From Lingula anatina (lineage: Eukaryota > Animalia > Brachiopoda), in NCBI GenBank assembly GCA_051362555.1, contig CM120643.1, positions 5,828,001-5,892,000 of the forward strand: a stretch of DNA of 64,000 nucleotides. Reading direction: 5' to 3'. Below are positions 25,788 through 37,767 of the stretch, piece after piece. The position numbers were made by a program, and so were the translations under genes. The first letter of the stretch is position 1. Every line of letters starts with the position of its first letter. The notes beneath the pieces were generated by a model. It did not search any database. It was not told the origin of the DNA and saw nothing but the letters and a program-made list of their open reading frames with translations.

Positions 25788-26403
25788 AGCACACGAACTA
25801 GAACAATATGTGGGGCCTCGATTTGAAACCTGCCAGCTTTTGTGTTTTTAATCTCCAAATACTTTTAAAAATCTATAAAGCTAATAAATAGGCCGTCGAT
25901 AAGAACCTATTATATCCATTGCCTCACTTTCAAAAATTAGAACAGGTACTCCAAAATCGTAAGACGAAGATAAAAATTTTATATTGGCCCTTTTCGCCCC
26001 GGATAAGAATATCCTTACAGCATTATCTGCAATATTAACCTTCCTACGATTTTTAATGTATTTTGCAGTATAAATTTCAATCTGCCCGATGAAGAATTTT
26101 ATTAATCAAGAGTGGGGGAGGGGTGGAAAATCCCTTTGGGGCCACATATAACACTATAAATGCGAAGGGAATCCCCCTTACATTGACCGTAAAATGAATG
26201 TTAATCAAAGGAAAGTCCGATGGATTTGCTTTTTAAAATATACAACAGAATATATCTAATATAACTTCTCAAAACAACACCAGAAAGCAAATTAAATAAA
26301 AATCAATCAGACGGTAAACACCGGCAGGCTTTGTCAATTCCACCATTTGTTTGTTTCAAACGAAGTATTTTTCGCGCATGCGCAGTAGTTTGAGACCTGT
26401 GCT
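25788..26403. mobile_element. 616-bp insertion with 9-bp TSD and short terminal inverted repeat
   Basis: TGCCAGAAA at 25779-25787 and 26404-26412; termini AGCACA / TGTGCT; it splits one unit of the 44-bp array. Confidence 0.8.
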
Positions 26404-26404
26404 T

Positions 26405-26889
26405 GCCAGAAAGTATATAGAATTGACGTCATCACTCAGCTGGCCTATGTTAGAAAGTATATCAAATTGACGTCATCACTCAGCTGGCCTATGTAAGAAA
26501 GTATATCAAATTGACGTCATCACTCAGCTGGCCTATGTTAGAAAGTACCTTGTATATCAAATTAACTTCATCACTCAGCTGGCCTATGCCAGAAAGTATA
26601 TAGAATTGACGTCATCACTCAGCTGGCCCATGTTAGAAAGTATATCAAATTGACGTCATCACTCAGCTGGCCTATGTTAGAAAAGTATATCAAATTGACG
26701 TCATCACTCAGCTGGCCTATGTTAGAAAGTATATCAAATTGACGTCATCACTCAGCTGGCCTATGCTAGAAAGTATATCAAATTGATGTCATCACTCAGC
26801 TGGCCTATGCTAGAATGTATATCGAATTCACGCCATCACTCAGCTGGCTTATGGTAGAAAATATATCAAATTGACGTCATCACTCAGCT
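26405..26889. repeat. 44-bp tandem repeat, 11 units, with CRE (TGACGTCA) and E-box (CAGCTG)
   Basis: Unit AATTGACGTCATCACTCAGCTGGCCTATGTTAGAAAGTATATCA. Eight units keep a perfect TGACGTCA; a detached unit lies at 25754-25787. Confidence 0.95.
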
Positions 26890-27024
26890 TGCTCTGGTGC
26901 AAAGTAAATTTGTAAAGGCATTGTTAATTGACAAAGAATGTCACTTTTAGTTGGAAAAGGCGTCCTTTAAAAAATAATTTGTCAGTGGGGATTTGGGGGG
27001 ATAGTGAAGAAACAATTAAAACTG

Positions 27025-27239
27025 ACAGCTCATCAAAGGGATACCTTGATAAATGAGATTATCTGTTTACCCCACTTCTACCTGCAGATGTGCCTTCATT
27101 AAGGTTAGCAACATGATTAACGGGGAGAGGGGGGAGGTTAAAACAACAAAGAGTGTCAGTAAGTTCATCAAAGGGATACCTGGATAAATGAGATTATCTG
27201 TTATCCCTATCTCTACCTGGTGAACATTTTGATCTAAGG

Positions 27240-27278
<39 letters not shown>

Positions 27279-27290
27279 GGGGGGGGGGCT
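27025..27290. repeat. Fragment of the 9395-10802 foldback family plus a ~48-nt near-pure poly-G tract
   Basis: Two copies of TCATCAAAGGGATACCT..GATAAATGAGATTATCTGTT, the reverse complement of ~9660-9830; G-run at 27241-27288. Confidence 0.6.
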
Positions 27291-30200
27291 GATACCTGCG
27301 ACCACGACGGAGAGTGTCTTGGGGAACGGAATATTCTATAACTTTTGGTATAATCATAGAAGTAGAGATGATCTTCCATACATGCTCTTTCATACACATA
27401 CCCCAGTACATACATACACACATGAATATTTAACTACTTAAATCATTGCTCTGTTTTGTACAGGAATGGAATTTGTCTCTTTAAGGCCTTGGTGAACGGG
27501 GTGTTTGGATACAGTATCTTAAATACGTAGTGATACATATAGGCAGGACACAAAAAGTTCTAGTAGAAAACAAAATAATTCTCATTTATTGCAATTAATA
27601 TAACAAAAAATCCACATTTGTATGTTTATGTCAGACGAAATGTCACAGTTACAATCTACACGTGTTTGCAGGGACACTCTTGTTTTAGTCAATTCCTTTT
27701 CCATTAAAAGGAAGTTTTTTTTACCCACTAATCTCGCAGACCCCGAAGTTAAACATTGTATTCGGTTGATACAATGAGAAATACAGGGTGTCCCAGTATA
27801 AACGGGGCCGTTTATTTTCTGTTTACAAATTATATACAATTTATATATATCTGAAAACTGCAGAAGTTAGCAAATCTACTGCTACAAACAACATGTCACG
27901 TGCTCTACTGGCAAAGATTTTGTCGTCATTTATAGAAAATACTCCAAATGTGCTCTGTTATACATTGCACAGTGTCTTTCAATTCAAAATGTAGTTTTAT
28001 TAAGTAGTAAACATCAGAATGTCAATTCGAGGACTAGCGAAAACGTTCTTCAAAAGTGTATTGAACGAAGCAGATCTGGGCACTCAACCGTATGTATGCA
28101 GTCACAGACTACATATTCCTCCGTTTAAATCGCACCGCACGCACAGTCTGTTCTCACGTGGTCTTCTGACCCACCTGTCCATCAATCATCACTGTACTAA
28201 ATATAAACATATCAATCATACACTGTAAATCTACAAAGCTCATTAAGTTTCCTGTTATAACCTCTCAGCAAAATTGAACTAAATGTAACGTACACCATCC
28301 CACCAAGGAAAATTTCAAATTTTACATTAAAAGAAAAGAAAAAAAAAAAACAAACAAAAAAAAAAAAAAAAACAAGGGCAATTAGAAAAGATCTCATGTT
28401 GAGCGATCTTTCAATATTTGATTTAAGCTTTCAAGTAAGACAATTTTTTTATCAGCGATAAGACAAAAAGAAGATATCCTCCAACAGAAGTAAATGTTAC
28501 TGCAAATTAAAGTACTAAGGACTAAGTCGGTTATAAAAACTTTATTTAACTGGGGCCTACCAAAAGTTGCATGCTTTGTATACATGTATGTGTGGATATA
28601 GCTGTAGAAGTAAAGCTATCGCCTGCGTCCGTCGTCGTCGCCCTGCATATTTCACTGTTATAGCAATAAATTGATAATCGTGTGGCTTTTTTTTTTGTAA
28701 TACTCAAACTTACTGGAGTAATTCATATTATGATAAATACAGTCCACGTTTAAATGGCAGATATATTGGGTCTTTTTCCTTAAATCATCCCGCTTTTTTT
28801 TTACTTTTCTGTTATACATTGTAATGTAAGATTTGTTAACGCAATAAAAGGAAAACCCCGTGACTTAGCATACTGAAATTTACAGAATCACTTTTTAGCA
28901 TGAGTATTAAAATACAGGCCAAGGGCAAATGTCAACTTTATCGGACCATTTTTGGCGAAGGTTATCCCATGTCCCCCTTTCCTTCGAATGGAATGTGTAG
29001 TCTCTCCTGACGCTCTGCTTTCCGTAGTTGTTATAACTACAGCTTTCTCGAGTCCGTCTTAACACTTTCTTGCAAAAAAATAATTTGTAATCGGATATAC
29101 ATAAATATTCTGTCGTTAAAGAGTCTAGATATATGATTTTAGTCGCTACGAGAGAAAATAATAAAGCTTGATAAAAGTATTGAGCAAATAGGCCCATGAT
29201 CATTAATATAAAGCGTGTTATTATAAATAGGTAATAATTTACAAATAATTAGCTTCACTTGTTTCGGCTTCTCGATCCTAGACAACGTCTCGACGTGAAT
29301 TCCCAGAAAATGTATCGCCTGCAGGGGCCTTAAGTACGGTTACCACTGTTACATGGTACTCTTTTTTCATATAAATGACATTCATGACATTTGGACACTT
29401 TTGAAATATGTGCATTCAGTATAAAAAGTTTTGAGTATTTAAAAAAATTTATTATGATACTTCGGAGAAATTATAAGAAAATGATCATATCAGCGTCCTC
29501 TGTCATTTATCGCTGTCTTCAAGACATATTAGACGAGTATGTAAGCTTCACTTTAATTCATTGGGACAACATTTCAGAGGAAGAACTGATAGAGTAAATC
29601 AGCGCTAAATTATAATGTCACGATGATTTTCTAGCATAACGTTAGCATAACATTTGCTGGAACTTATTTTAATTTTAGTTTCTTTCGTAGCGTTGACGCT
29701 TTGCCAGTTGATTTTCTAGTGCTGCGTTTTTAGTAATGTCGCTCTTTCTCAATAGACGTCATCTTTGAATTCAAAGTCCATCTTTGTGAATTACTATAGT
29801 TGAAACATACGGTAGTTATATAAGTAGGAAAGATAAATATGAACAGGTTTTTTTAAGAGACAAAAGTTGTTAAAGTTTGTATAACATGGTGTGTTAAAGT
29901 TAAAGGACAACAGTAAACACCCGAACGCACTCAAAAATCAATTTCCCCGTCTCTCCCAAACATTTTATACCATCATCCATACCCTCCCCCCTTCATTTTT
30001 GTGCCGTTTTTTTTTCAACATATTTCCTTTTAATCCAACTTTCTCTACTGAATGGCTCGTCAACATCTAATTTAAACTATAATATCATATTGTCATTTTT
30101 CAATGGCTTATTAGGTAATTTCTATATGAACTTTTTACCCCCCCCCCTCCCCGCCTCGCGTTATGTCTTCACTAACACAATGGGGTGATATTTTGTGGAG

Positions 30201-31689
30201 TACGTCACAATCATGGTTGAGACAGCATCAGAATCAAAACACCACAGTCTCTATCGTAAGGTCTACTTGGTCAAACATAGCAAAAACTGCTCAGATATTC
30301 AAATCAGTGAACCTTGTTGAGTCATATCTAGAAAGCCAGTGACCTACATAATGTCGTTTCAATTTGGGGTTGATAAGGATCTGAAGTTAATTTTCGTCTG
30401 GCATTTTTTTAAAATATACTGAACACAAACTCGTCCAATGTATTTTAATGTTGTAAAGTACAAATGAAGTTCCATCCGTAAAATATTGGTGAGAGTTGAA
30501 AAGGAAAGGCGGTCACTTCAGCCTGCCACCCCCCCTACCATGAATGTAATGGGATGGACAGCCTGGAAGGAGACGTCACTGCCTCAGTGCTGAGTGACCA
30601 GAAAGTGGAGCGAAGGCGGCTTAGATATTAAGTATATGAATATAGTAATTTCAGCCATATCAATATAACGTTTTAAGAAACCAATGTTAGGCATTTGGTG
30701 ATAAGTTAATTGTGGTTTATTTTTTAAATGTATTTTGACACCCGTTTGCTTAAGAGCGTTCATGACCATTTCTCAACATTTTCCCCACGTACCATTTATT
30801 TCCTCCTTCACTTCATCTCATCACGTCTCATAACAAAGGAAGATGAAGTTGCACTTCATGTTCAGTATTTTGAACTTCGTCGGTAGAAATAGTAGTGGCA
30901 GTGGAAGTTTACCGTGAGAAATGGCCAAGGAGGGGAAAATGCTGTGAAATGTCTTGTGAAGGTCTGGCTATTGGCATGTTGATATTTAGTGATCGGTTGG
31001 TAGTGGTCCACTGGAATTATAGAATATGTCATAATTATAGCAACAAACGTCCATTTCTGAAGTAAAGAACATAATTGAAGCATTAAGGGGGTATAGTAAT
31101 ACACTTCCATGTCGAATATTGGCAAGATTTCATAATTTAATATTTAATATTTCATTTCATTAAAATGTGTAAGATAAATTGAAGTTGTATTGATTTCTGC
31201 GTGACATATTATAAGATCAACCTTTCAAGACATAGGGGGCGAGCTGATAGCCCGAAATGCTGTTTGGAACGGATTTGGAAAGGCTATGTCCAAATGTCTT
31301 TTTTTAAATATAACATCACGAATTTGAGGTCTTTTATGAATTAAATGTTACATATTTAAAACGTAATGATATATCAGAATGCATGGTCATCAGTTAGAAA
31401 AACTTGCTTTATTGTATTGAAATATGTTTTATACTATCGTAGTTTCTAGTTTGTCACACGTGACATGTAAAATGGTTCTATTTGTGGTATTCTTCAGCAA
31501 GACAGTAAGGGGTGAGTTTCTAGTTTAGATCGAATGCTAATAAAGTACGCGAAAATACACAAATTTTATGTCTGTTTAAAGCCAAATATTTTTCTTTAAT
31601 ATCCAGCAATTTCAATAAATCATAAGGAACACATTATCAAAACCGTTGATAAATGTTACAAGCCCGGTGTCGAATCCTTAATTTTTGTT

Positions 31690-32290
31690 TTTACCGGCGT
31701 GACTATATTCTTCAGCCTCATTCTCCAAATGGACTGAAATCTAGAATGACGCTCATTGTGCGTCTTTCTTTTATGTTCAGATAAGAAATAGGGCAATAAC
31801 GGGAATATCGTCTCTTGAAATTAAAAAATTTGCTGTCTTGTTGAATAAGAGATGTAATTTTACGAACGAAGATTGATAATTTTGTTTCACTAGTGAAGTA
31901 TGTAGAATTTTCAAATTTCAATTTATATTTTGGAAAATTTCCTTCTTGAAAAGCTGATTTGGTGCATGTAATTGCCATTCGTGTTTTAGTATTTATCACT
32001 GAATGTAGTTCTTACAAATATAACATGTTTTATCCGGCAATATAGCTGATATTTTTGCCATTAATCTCTTGAACAAATACAGGTTCAATTTATGTTCAGA
32101 AGGTTGCAAATCATTTGTTACAAGATTTTTCAAATTGAAAATGGATGTAGGAAATATGAGAAATATCGTGATTTGTCCCTTGGATTTTAACCCAGATTTC
32201 ATAAGTGAAGATGAAGTTTGTTTTTTAAATAGTTTTTGTAAGGAATTTTTTCAATTTCATATTCCCTATATAAACTAGTGTTTATTATTC
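31690..32290 (-). mobile_element. Highly decayed LINE APE-endonuclease fragment
   Basis: Frameshifted traces such as NFIFTYEIW (ETW motif) and NSTYF; many stops. Confidence 0.3.
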
Positions 32291-32468
32291 TGTCCATATT
32301 GTCAACAGCTAGGTAAACGCTGTATGTGTTTTTACCTTAGTACTTTTGACACTTTTTTTGCCAGACAACGAAAGTGCGTGTCCGTTTTTTTTTCACAACG
32401 ATAAGTGTCCGACTGAAAAAAGCATGCAATTTTTAATCTCATAATTTTCATTGTTATATACAGAAAAA

Positions 32469-32608
32469 CAATGGTGGATCCAGGACATTTTCAAGGGGTC
32501 AGATGTTGACATTTAGGATGAGATGGAGTATTTTGAGGACTTGATCATGCGAGTCCAGAATGGGTCTCTAGCTCTCCTTGGGGAGGGCGGAGACTAGATC
32601 CACCATTG
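32469..32608. mobile_element. hAT-like MITE
   Basis: CAATGGTGGATC / GATCCACCATTG terminal inverted repeat; no clear TSD. Confidence 0.55.
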
Positions 32609-32917
32609 TTTTTTTAATGAAGAAGTTGAAATATTTTGTTTTTTTCATTAAGATCAAACATAAGACCATTAATGTGGTAGATAGTTTATTCGTCAAGTCG
32701 AATAGATAAGAATGTTATATTTTTTACACCTGTGAGTGAATTTAAATGCAGACATCAATAATATTCTCACAGATACTTGTAGTAATAAATAGACTTAATA
32801 CAATGATGTTTTATAGATATATGTTTTATTAATAATTGAATACAGTAAAATAAATTTGAATTGCTCTTAATAAAAAAACTTATTGAATATACAAAATGTC
32901 TTAGTGTTTTTACTGAT

Positions 32918-33300
32918 GGCTACATGGCTCAGTGGTAGCCTGGGGTTGGGGTTCGATTCCTGGCTCGGGCACTTTGGAATTACAAAAGGGTGCTATTAGA
33001 ATTTTCTTTTGGTTACTATAAGTAGAAAGTCTACCAGGGGAGGATGGGTGGGAACACTTAGAGAAGTAGGTAACGCGCTTGCCTCTGAGACAGAAGGTCC
33101 CCAGTTCGATTCCTGGCGCTACTAGGTCCCAGCAAATTACCTTTTGCAAAAATAAACCTAAATAAACAATTTGAACTACTATAAGAGGATCGTGCGAATG
33201 AGAAAAAGCAAGCTGAGACATTGGCTCAGTAGGTAAGGCGACAGACTTAAGAAGCAGAAGAAGACTGCCAAGAAGCTGAAAACCAAAGGTTCGAGTCAAA
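32918..33300 (+). pseudogene. Three tandem tRNA-like (A-box/B-box) sequences, not canonical tRNAs
   Basis: A boxes TGGCTCAGTGGT (32925), TAGAGAAGTAGGT (33059), TGGCTCAGTAGGT (33222); B boxes GTTCGATTCC (32951, 33104) and GGTTCGAGTC (33288). Acceptor stems do not pair. Confidence 0.6.
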
Positions 33301-35358
33301 CTAAAGAAAAGAATGTCAGAAATGAGCAACCGGCATTTTTGCACATTTTGAAACTACATCTATTACAACTTTCATGTACGTTTATTAAAAGAAATACAAT
33401 CAATTGCGCCATACATAAAAAGTAATTATTTTCATAACGACTTAGCATTTCGAGATGTAAATCAATCTTAAATACAACTATCTACAACTTAATGTGTGGG
33501 AGATTTTATGTACTTTACAGCCATCGTTCAAAGTTGACATTGAAGTATTGGTCTTATGAGTGTACCAAAATGTAACAGTATTGAAATTCAAAGTGCATAC
33601 GATCTCATGTAAGCGTTCTCCCCGCACGCGGGAACGCATTCATGACCCTATAACTAACTCCATGTCGCCATGCTGACGCTCGTACGCAACACCAAACAGC
33701 AGTCAAACATTATTCAGTTCTGTTAATTTGATGGGTGCTATTCTAATAGATAAATGAATATGCACCTTATATTTTGCGTTATTTTTTTCTTCTCTTTTAA
33801 ATCTTAAAATAGGGTTTTGGTGGCACAAATTTGAGTGAACACTTAAATTTACGTGTCGTGCGAATCAAGAACAGCATGAAGACATGGTCACTTTACAACC
33901 TTATCGGAGTCATAGTCATTTTTAAGAACAATATGTAAACAAAATTGAAAAGGTTATGCAAAAACAAGTTAACTTAAAATAACTCAGAAAATGTTAATAA
34001 ACTCAACAGTCGCTGGTGTTCAGTGGTCAAGAAACACTCAGCAAAAATAACCCAACAGCACGTGCAGGACTGGCACCTAATCAGGCCTTTTATTCTCAAC
34101 CACTCCTTGATCCTGACCGAAATATAGAATTAAGAAAGTATCGCATACAAGATCAACATTATCTTCTACTCTTACCAAAGTGTCTTTTTTCTTATAATTT
34201 TTTCATGTTTGATTAGACAAAAAAAAAAAGGTTTTTTTTAGGCGATAAACTGACCAAGTTTCTTTAATTTCTAGGAAATACCCATTACCCCCAAATCAGA
34301 GCTTTGCGATAATTTTAGTTTCGGATTTTTCAAATTTTCAACTTGTAAAAGATGCGATAAATGCCAGTTCTACATGTACATTTTAATTGACGCAAAAGGA
34401 AACACTTTCTACTAATCAGTTTCTTTTTGCGAGTATTAACGCTTTGTAATGAAGGTATAATGTTAATTTCCCTTCCTTAATAACAAAAACTTATCAATTG
34501 CGGAAAAAACTAACCCAACCCCTGGTTTGATTTTCTGAAAACGAACATTTCTACCCCCTCCCAGTAATAAAACTATCTATCACTGATCAGACATACTACT
34601 AGTATATCAAAAGACTGGGAACCCAAGGAAGTTTATTCTTACCATGCGTAATAACCGCATATTCATAATTTTAGAAGGACCTGTCTCAATACGTGTGGGC
34701 AATTCTGCAATAACTCTTAAAAGTGTCATAATTAGGATTACAGCGTTTACAGTTTATTGTAAATTTACGTTTCGCTCATTTCATCCAATGAACCCACAAT
34801 AAAAGATTCCTGAATGCATTTTACGCATTTTTCTTTTCTAAATTTAACTTCATTAAAATCAATATTTGTATTCAATTTTATATGAATAATCATGCATTTT
34901 TAAGTGCACAACAAAGCGTCTTATTACATATTTGCCCACACATAAAATTTTACAATCAAACATTGAACCAGTGACTGAGTCGTACTAGCACCGATCTCTG
35001 CCTGGACTTTACTTAATGATAATTTTACAATTTTTCATTTTCATAGATCACTTGAGCAAGGCACTTTTTTGTTTTAGCATAACCTCAAAGGTGTCGTTTC
35101 AGATTCGAAAACTGGCCGGTATAAACAAAAATTTAAATTACAATAAAAACATCGTGTTCGGATAGAGTGCTGTACTACAACTTATTTACACATGTATAAT
35201 AATAAACAAGCGACGTGCAGGGTTGACGCTTGGTTTTAGTCCATTTTATCAGAAGTTTCATGAATAAAACACTCGTTATACGCTGCACTTCATTTCATAC
35301 ACGTTTTGATGCAGAATATTACAAACCAAAGCAAATATTACATTTCAAACCAAATCAT

Positions 35359-35520
35359 ATGTCAACCCTGCAAGTTGACTATACGACAAACTTCGACACG
35401 CAAGACAACGTTGACATGGGTGCGGGCGCTGGCGAACACGAATCTGATGTCTTTTCTGGGAGTGCGTCCAATTTCATAGTAGACGGTTGTTACGAGGCAC
35501 TGAAATTAAATGAAAAATGA
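35359..35520 (+). CDS. Candidate 53-aa acidic microprotein
   Basis: ATG-initiated, relatively GC/CpG-rich ORF with normal amino-acid composition in AT-rich flanks; no family recognised. Confidence 0.3.
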   Translation: MSTLQVDYTTNFDTQDNVDMGAGAGEHESDVFSGSASNFIVDGCYEALKLNEK

Positions 35521-36794
35521 AACAAATTAAACTAAATCCATAATAATATCTAAGGAATTGACAAAGTGAAATACATAATATTAATAATAATCTTGATAGG
35601 TTTTTTACTTTCTTAGTTAAACATTATTTTGCGTATTTTGTGGGTAGAGTGATATAAATTCAGGATTTCATTGCTACACGTGCTTATTATCTTCAGAATG
35701 ATTTTACCAATTACTTTATACCAATACATCCATACTTAAATAAATTCGTACCGAATGCTGGCACTTTAGCTCATCTTTTTTTTAAATCAAATAGTTTATG
35801 CAAGCATTTTATTTCAGATTATAATATCAAAGACGGTATGTAATCGAAATTGCAATCAGGAAAAAATGAAGTCAAGGGGGTCGACAATGCCTAGCTAATG
35901 TACGTTTGCTTTCCTGGTCGCGGCTATTTCTCTATAAAATAATTTGTTTATTGTCAGTTAGCTTTAATAAATAGGATATATTTGTACAGGTCACTGTCAA
36001 AAAAAAGGCACCCATTGGGAGCAGAGAATGTTACAGTAGTTACCTGCTTTGTCGTCTTGCTTTGTTTAAGACAGAATAACGCGTTCAGACCTTTGGAATA
36101 ATCTTCTCACTTCTTTATGAGTAAATACTTTCCTTCTGGAAAAAGCAATATAAAAAGTTATTAAACTTTCCAAGCTCATTTCAGCATTCATGTCAATGAA
36201 ATATATCCAAGAGCCATTACGTCTGAAGTGGGAAATGCATACTTTTGGATAAAATATCGTCAACATAAACCGATCAGTGTTGCCTTATATCATCTATACA
36301 GTACTTACAACAAACTACATCAGTTCTCAGTGCCAAAATTTCAGTCTACGTGTGGAAATTGTGGCAATGTGGCACGTAAAGCTTCTTCCTCTTCCTTCTG
36401 ACCTTGGTCCTATCTGAATACCTCTCACCAAAATGCTCACCTGGTTTACATAATAATAGCACTGACTGTGGGATTGTGTTAGAGAAGACACGATGCGGCT
36501 TAACGCAATCTAAACGTTATCATCAGGTTATTGCACAAACAAACCATTTTGTTTTGTCCATCTATAGACCTTCATCCCAAATGAGTTTTTTTATTATTAA
36601 AGCATCCCAATTAAAACATACTGTCGCCTATTGCTCTAGCACTGTAAATATTTAACACTAGAGTTGTGGCGACTAAGGTTTGTACATGTATATCTAACAT
36701 TTTAATTTTTATGCAGCAGTACATATGAACCCAAATATGCTTCTTAGAAAAAATAAATCACATAAGAATCAGTTTACTGAGTTACGCATCATTC

Positions 36795-37767
36795 GTGAAA
36801 GTATTGTTTTCTGATTTCATTGTTTGTTCTCTGTTGTCGCGACTCTGTGGTTGCGTGCGACGTTGTATATGTGCGCACGCTTGTTTTTACGTCGCTTATT
36901 CTTCTTTGTTACGTTAAAATGATACATACGTTACCGATACATACGTTACCATGAAGCGTGTAAATATTTATTCTATTTTCATTGGTTTTCTTTCGCTTTG
37001 TGGGCCAACACTTTTGTCTTTTATTTGTGTTTCATTAAAATAGTGTTGGCGCACAAAAGGAGAGACAACCAATGAAAATAGAATAAAAAAATATTTACAC
37101 GCTTTATGGTAACGTATGTATCATTTTAACGTAACAAAGAAGAATGAGCGACGTAATAACATGCGTGCGCACATATACAACGTCGCATAAGATTTCTTGC
37201 CTTCAACTATCTGTGAAAATTGTCCATTTGATTCATACGTTACCGATATGTACAGGGTACGTGAGCAAATATTATAATATGAAGGTGCTGTTTTCTGATT
37301 CCATTGACTGTTTTTCTGTTGTCACGACTTTGTGAGTGGATGTGACTTTGTATATGTGCGCTTTTCGTTTTACGGTCCTCATTCTGATTTTTTACGTTAA
37401 TATGATACATATATATACGTTACAAAATGACGTGAAGGTATTGTTTTCTGATTTCATTGTTTGTTCTCTGTTGTCGCGACTCTGTGGTTGCGTGCGACGT
37501 TGTATATGTGCGCAAGCTTGTTTTTACGTCGCTTATTCTTCTTTGTCACGCTAAAATGATACATACGTTACCGATACATACATTACCATGAAGCGTGTAA
37601 ATATTTATTCTTTTTTCATTGGTTTTCTTTCGCTTTGTGGGCCAACACTTATGTCTTTTATTTGTGTTTCATTAATATAGTGTTGGCGCACAAAATGAAA
37701 GACAACCAATGAAAATAGAATAAAAAATATTTACACGCTTTATGGTAACGTATGTATACAACGTCGC
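36795..37767. repeat. Duplicated (~637-bp period) unit containing a ~330-bp palindrome
   Basis: Inverted arms span 36856-37187 (TGCGACGTTGTATATGTGCGCACGC...GCGTGCGCACATATACAACGTCGCA). The second copy (37493-37767) has a shortened right arm. Confidence 0.9.

Noticed and set aside
26405-26889. CRISPR array
   Set aside because: Units are contiguous with no unique spacers, there are no cas genes and the context is eukaryotic. The same applies to 54401-55137 and 57230-57460.
27067-27423. Polyproline ORFs
   Set aside because: Derived from a G homopolymer of uncertain length.
27782-27960. Complete mariner MITE starting TACAGGGTGTCCC
   Set aside because: Only one TIR-like end is seen; no matching partner found.
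30862-31125. 87-aa ORF as a gene
   Set aside because: Non-ATG start in the track, no recognisable motif and no convincing splice context.
32918-33300. Functional tRNA genes
   Set aside because: No pairing acceptor stems; arms are missing or oversized.
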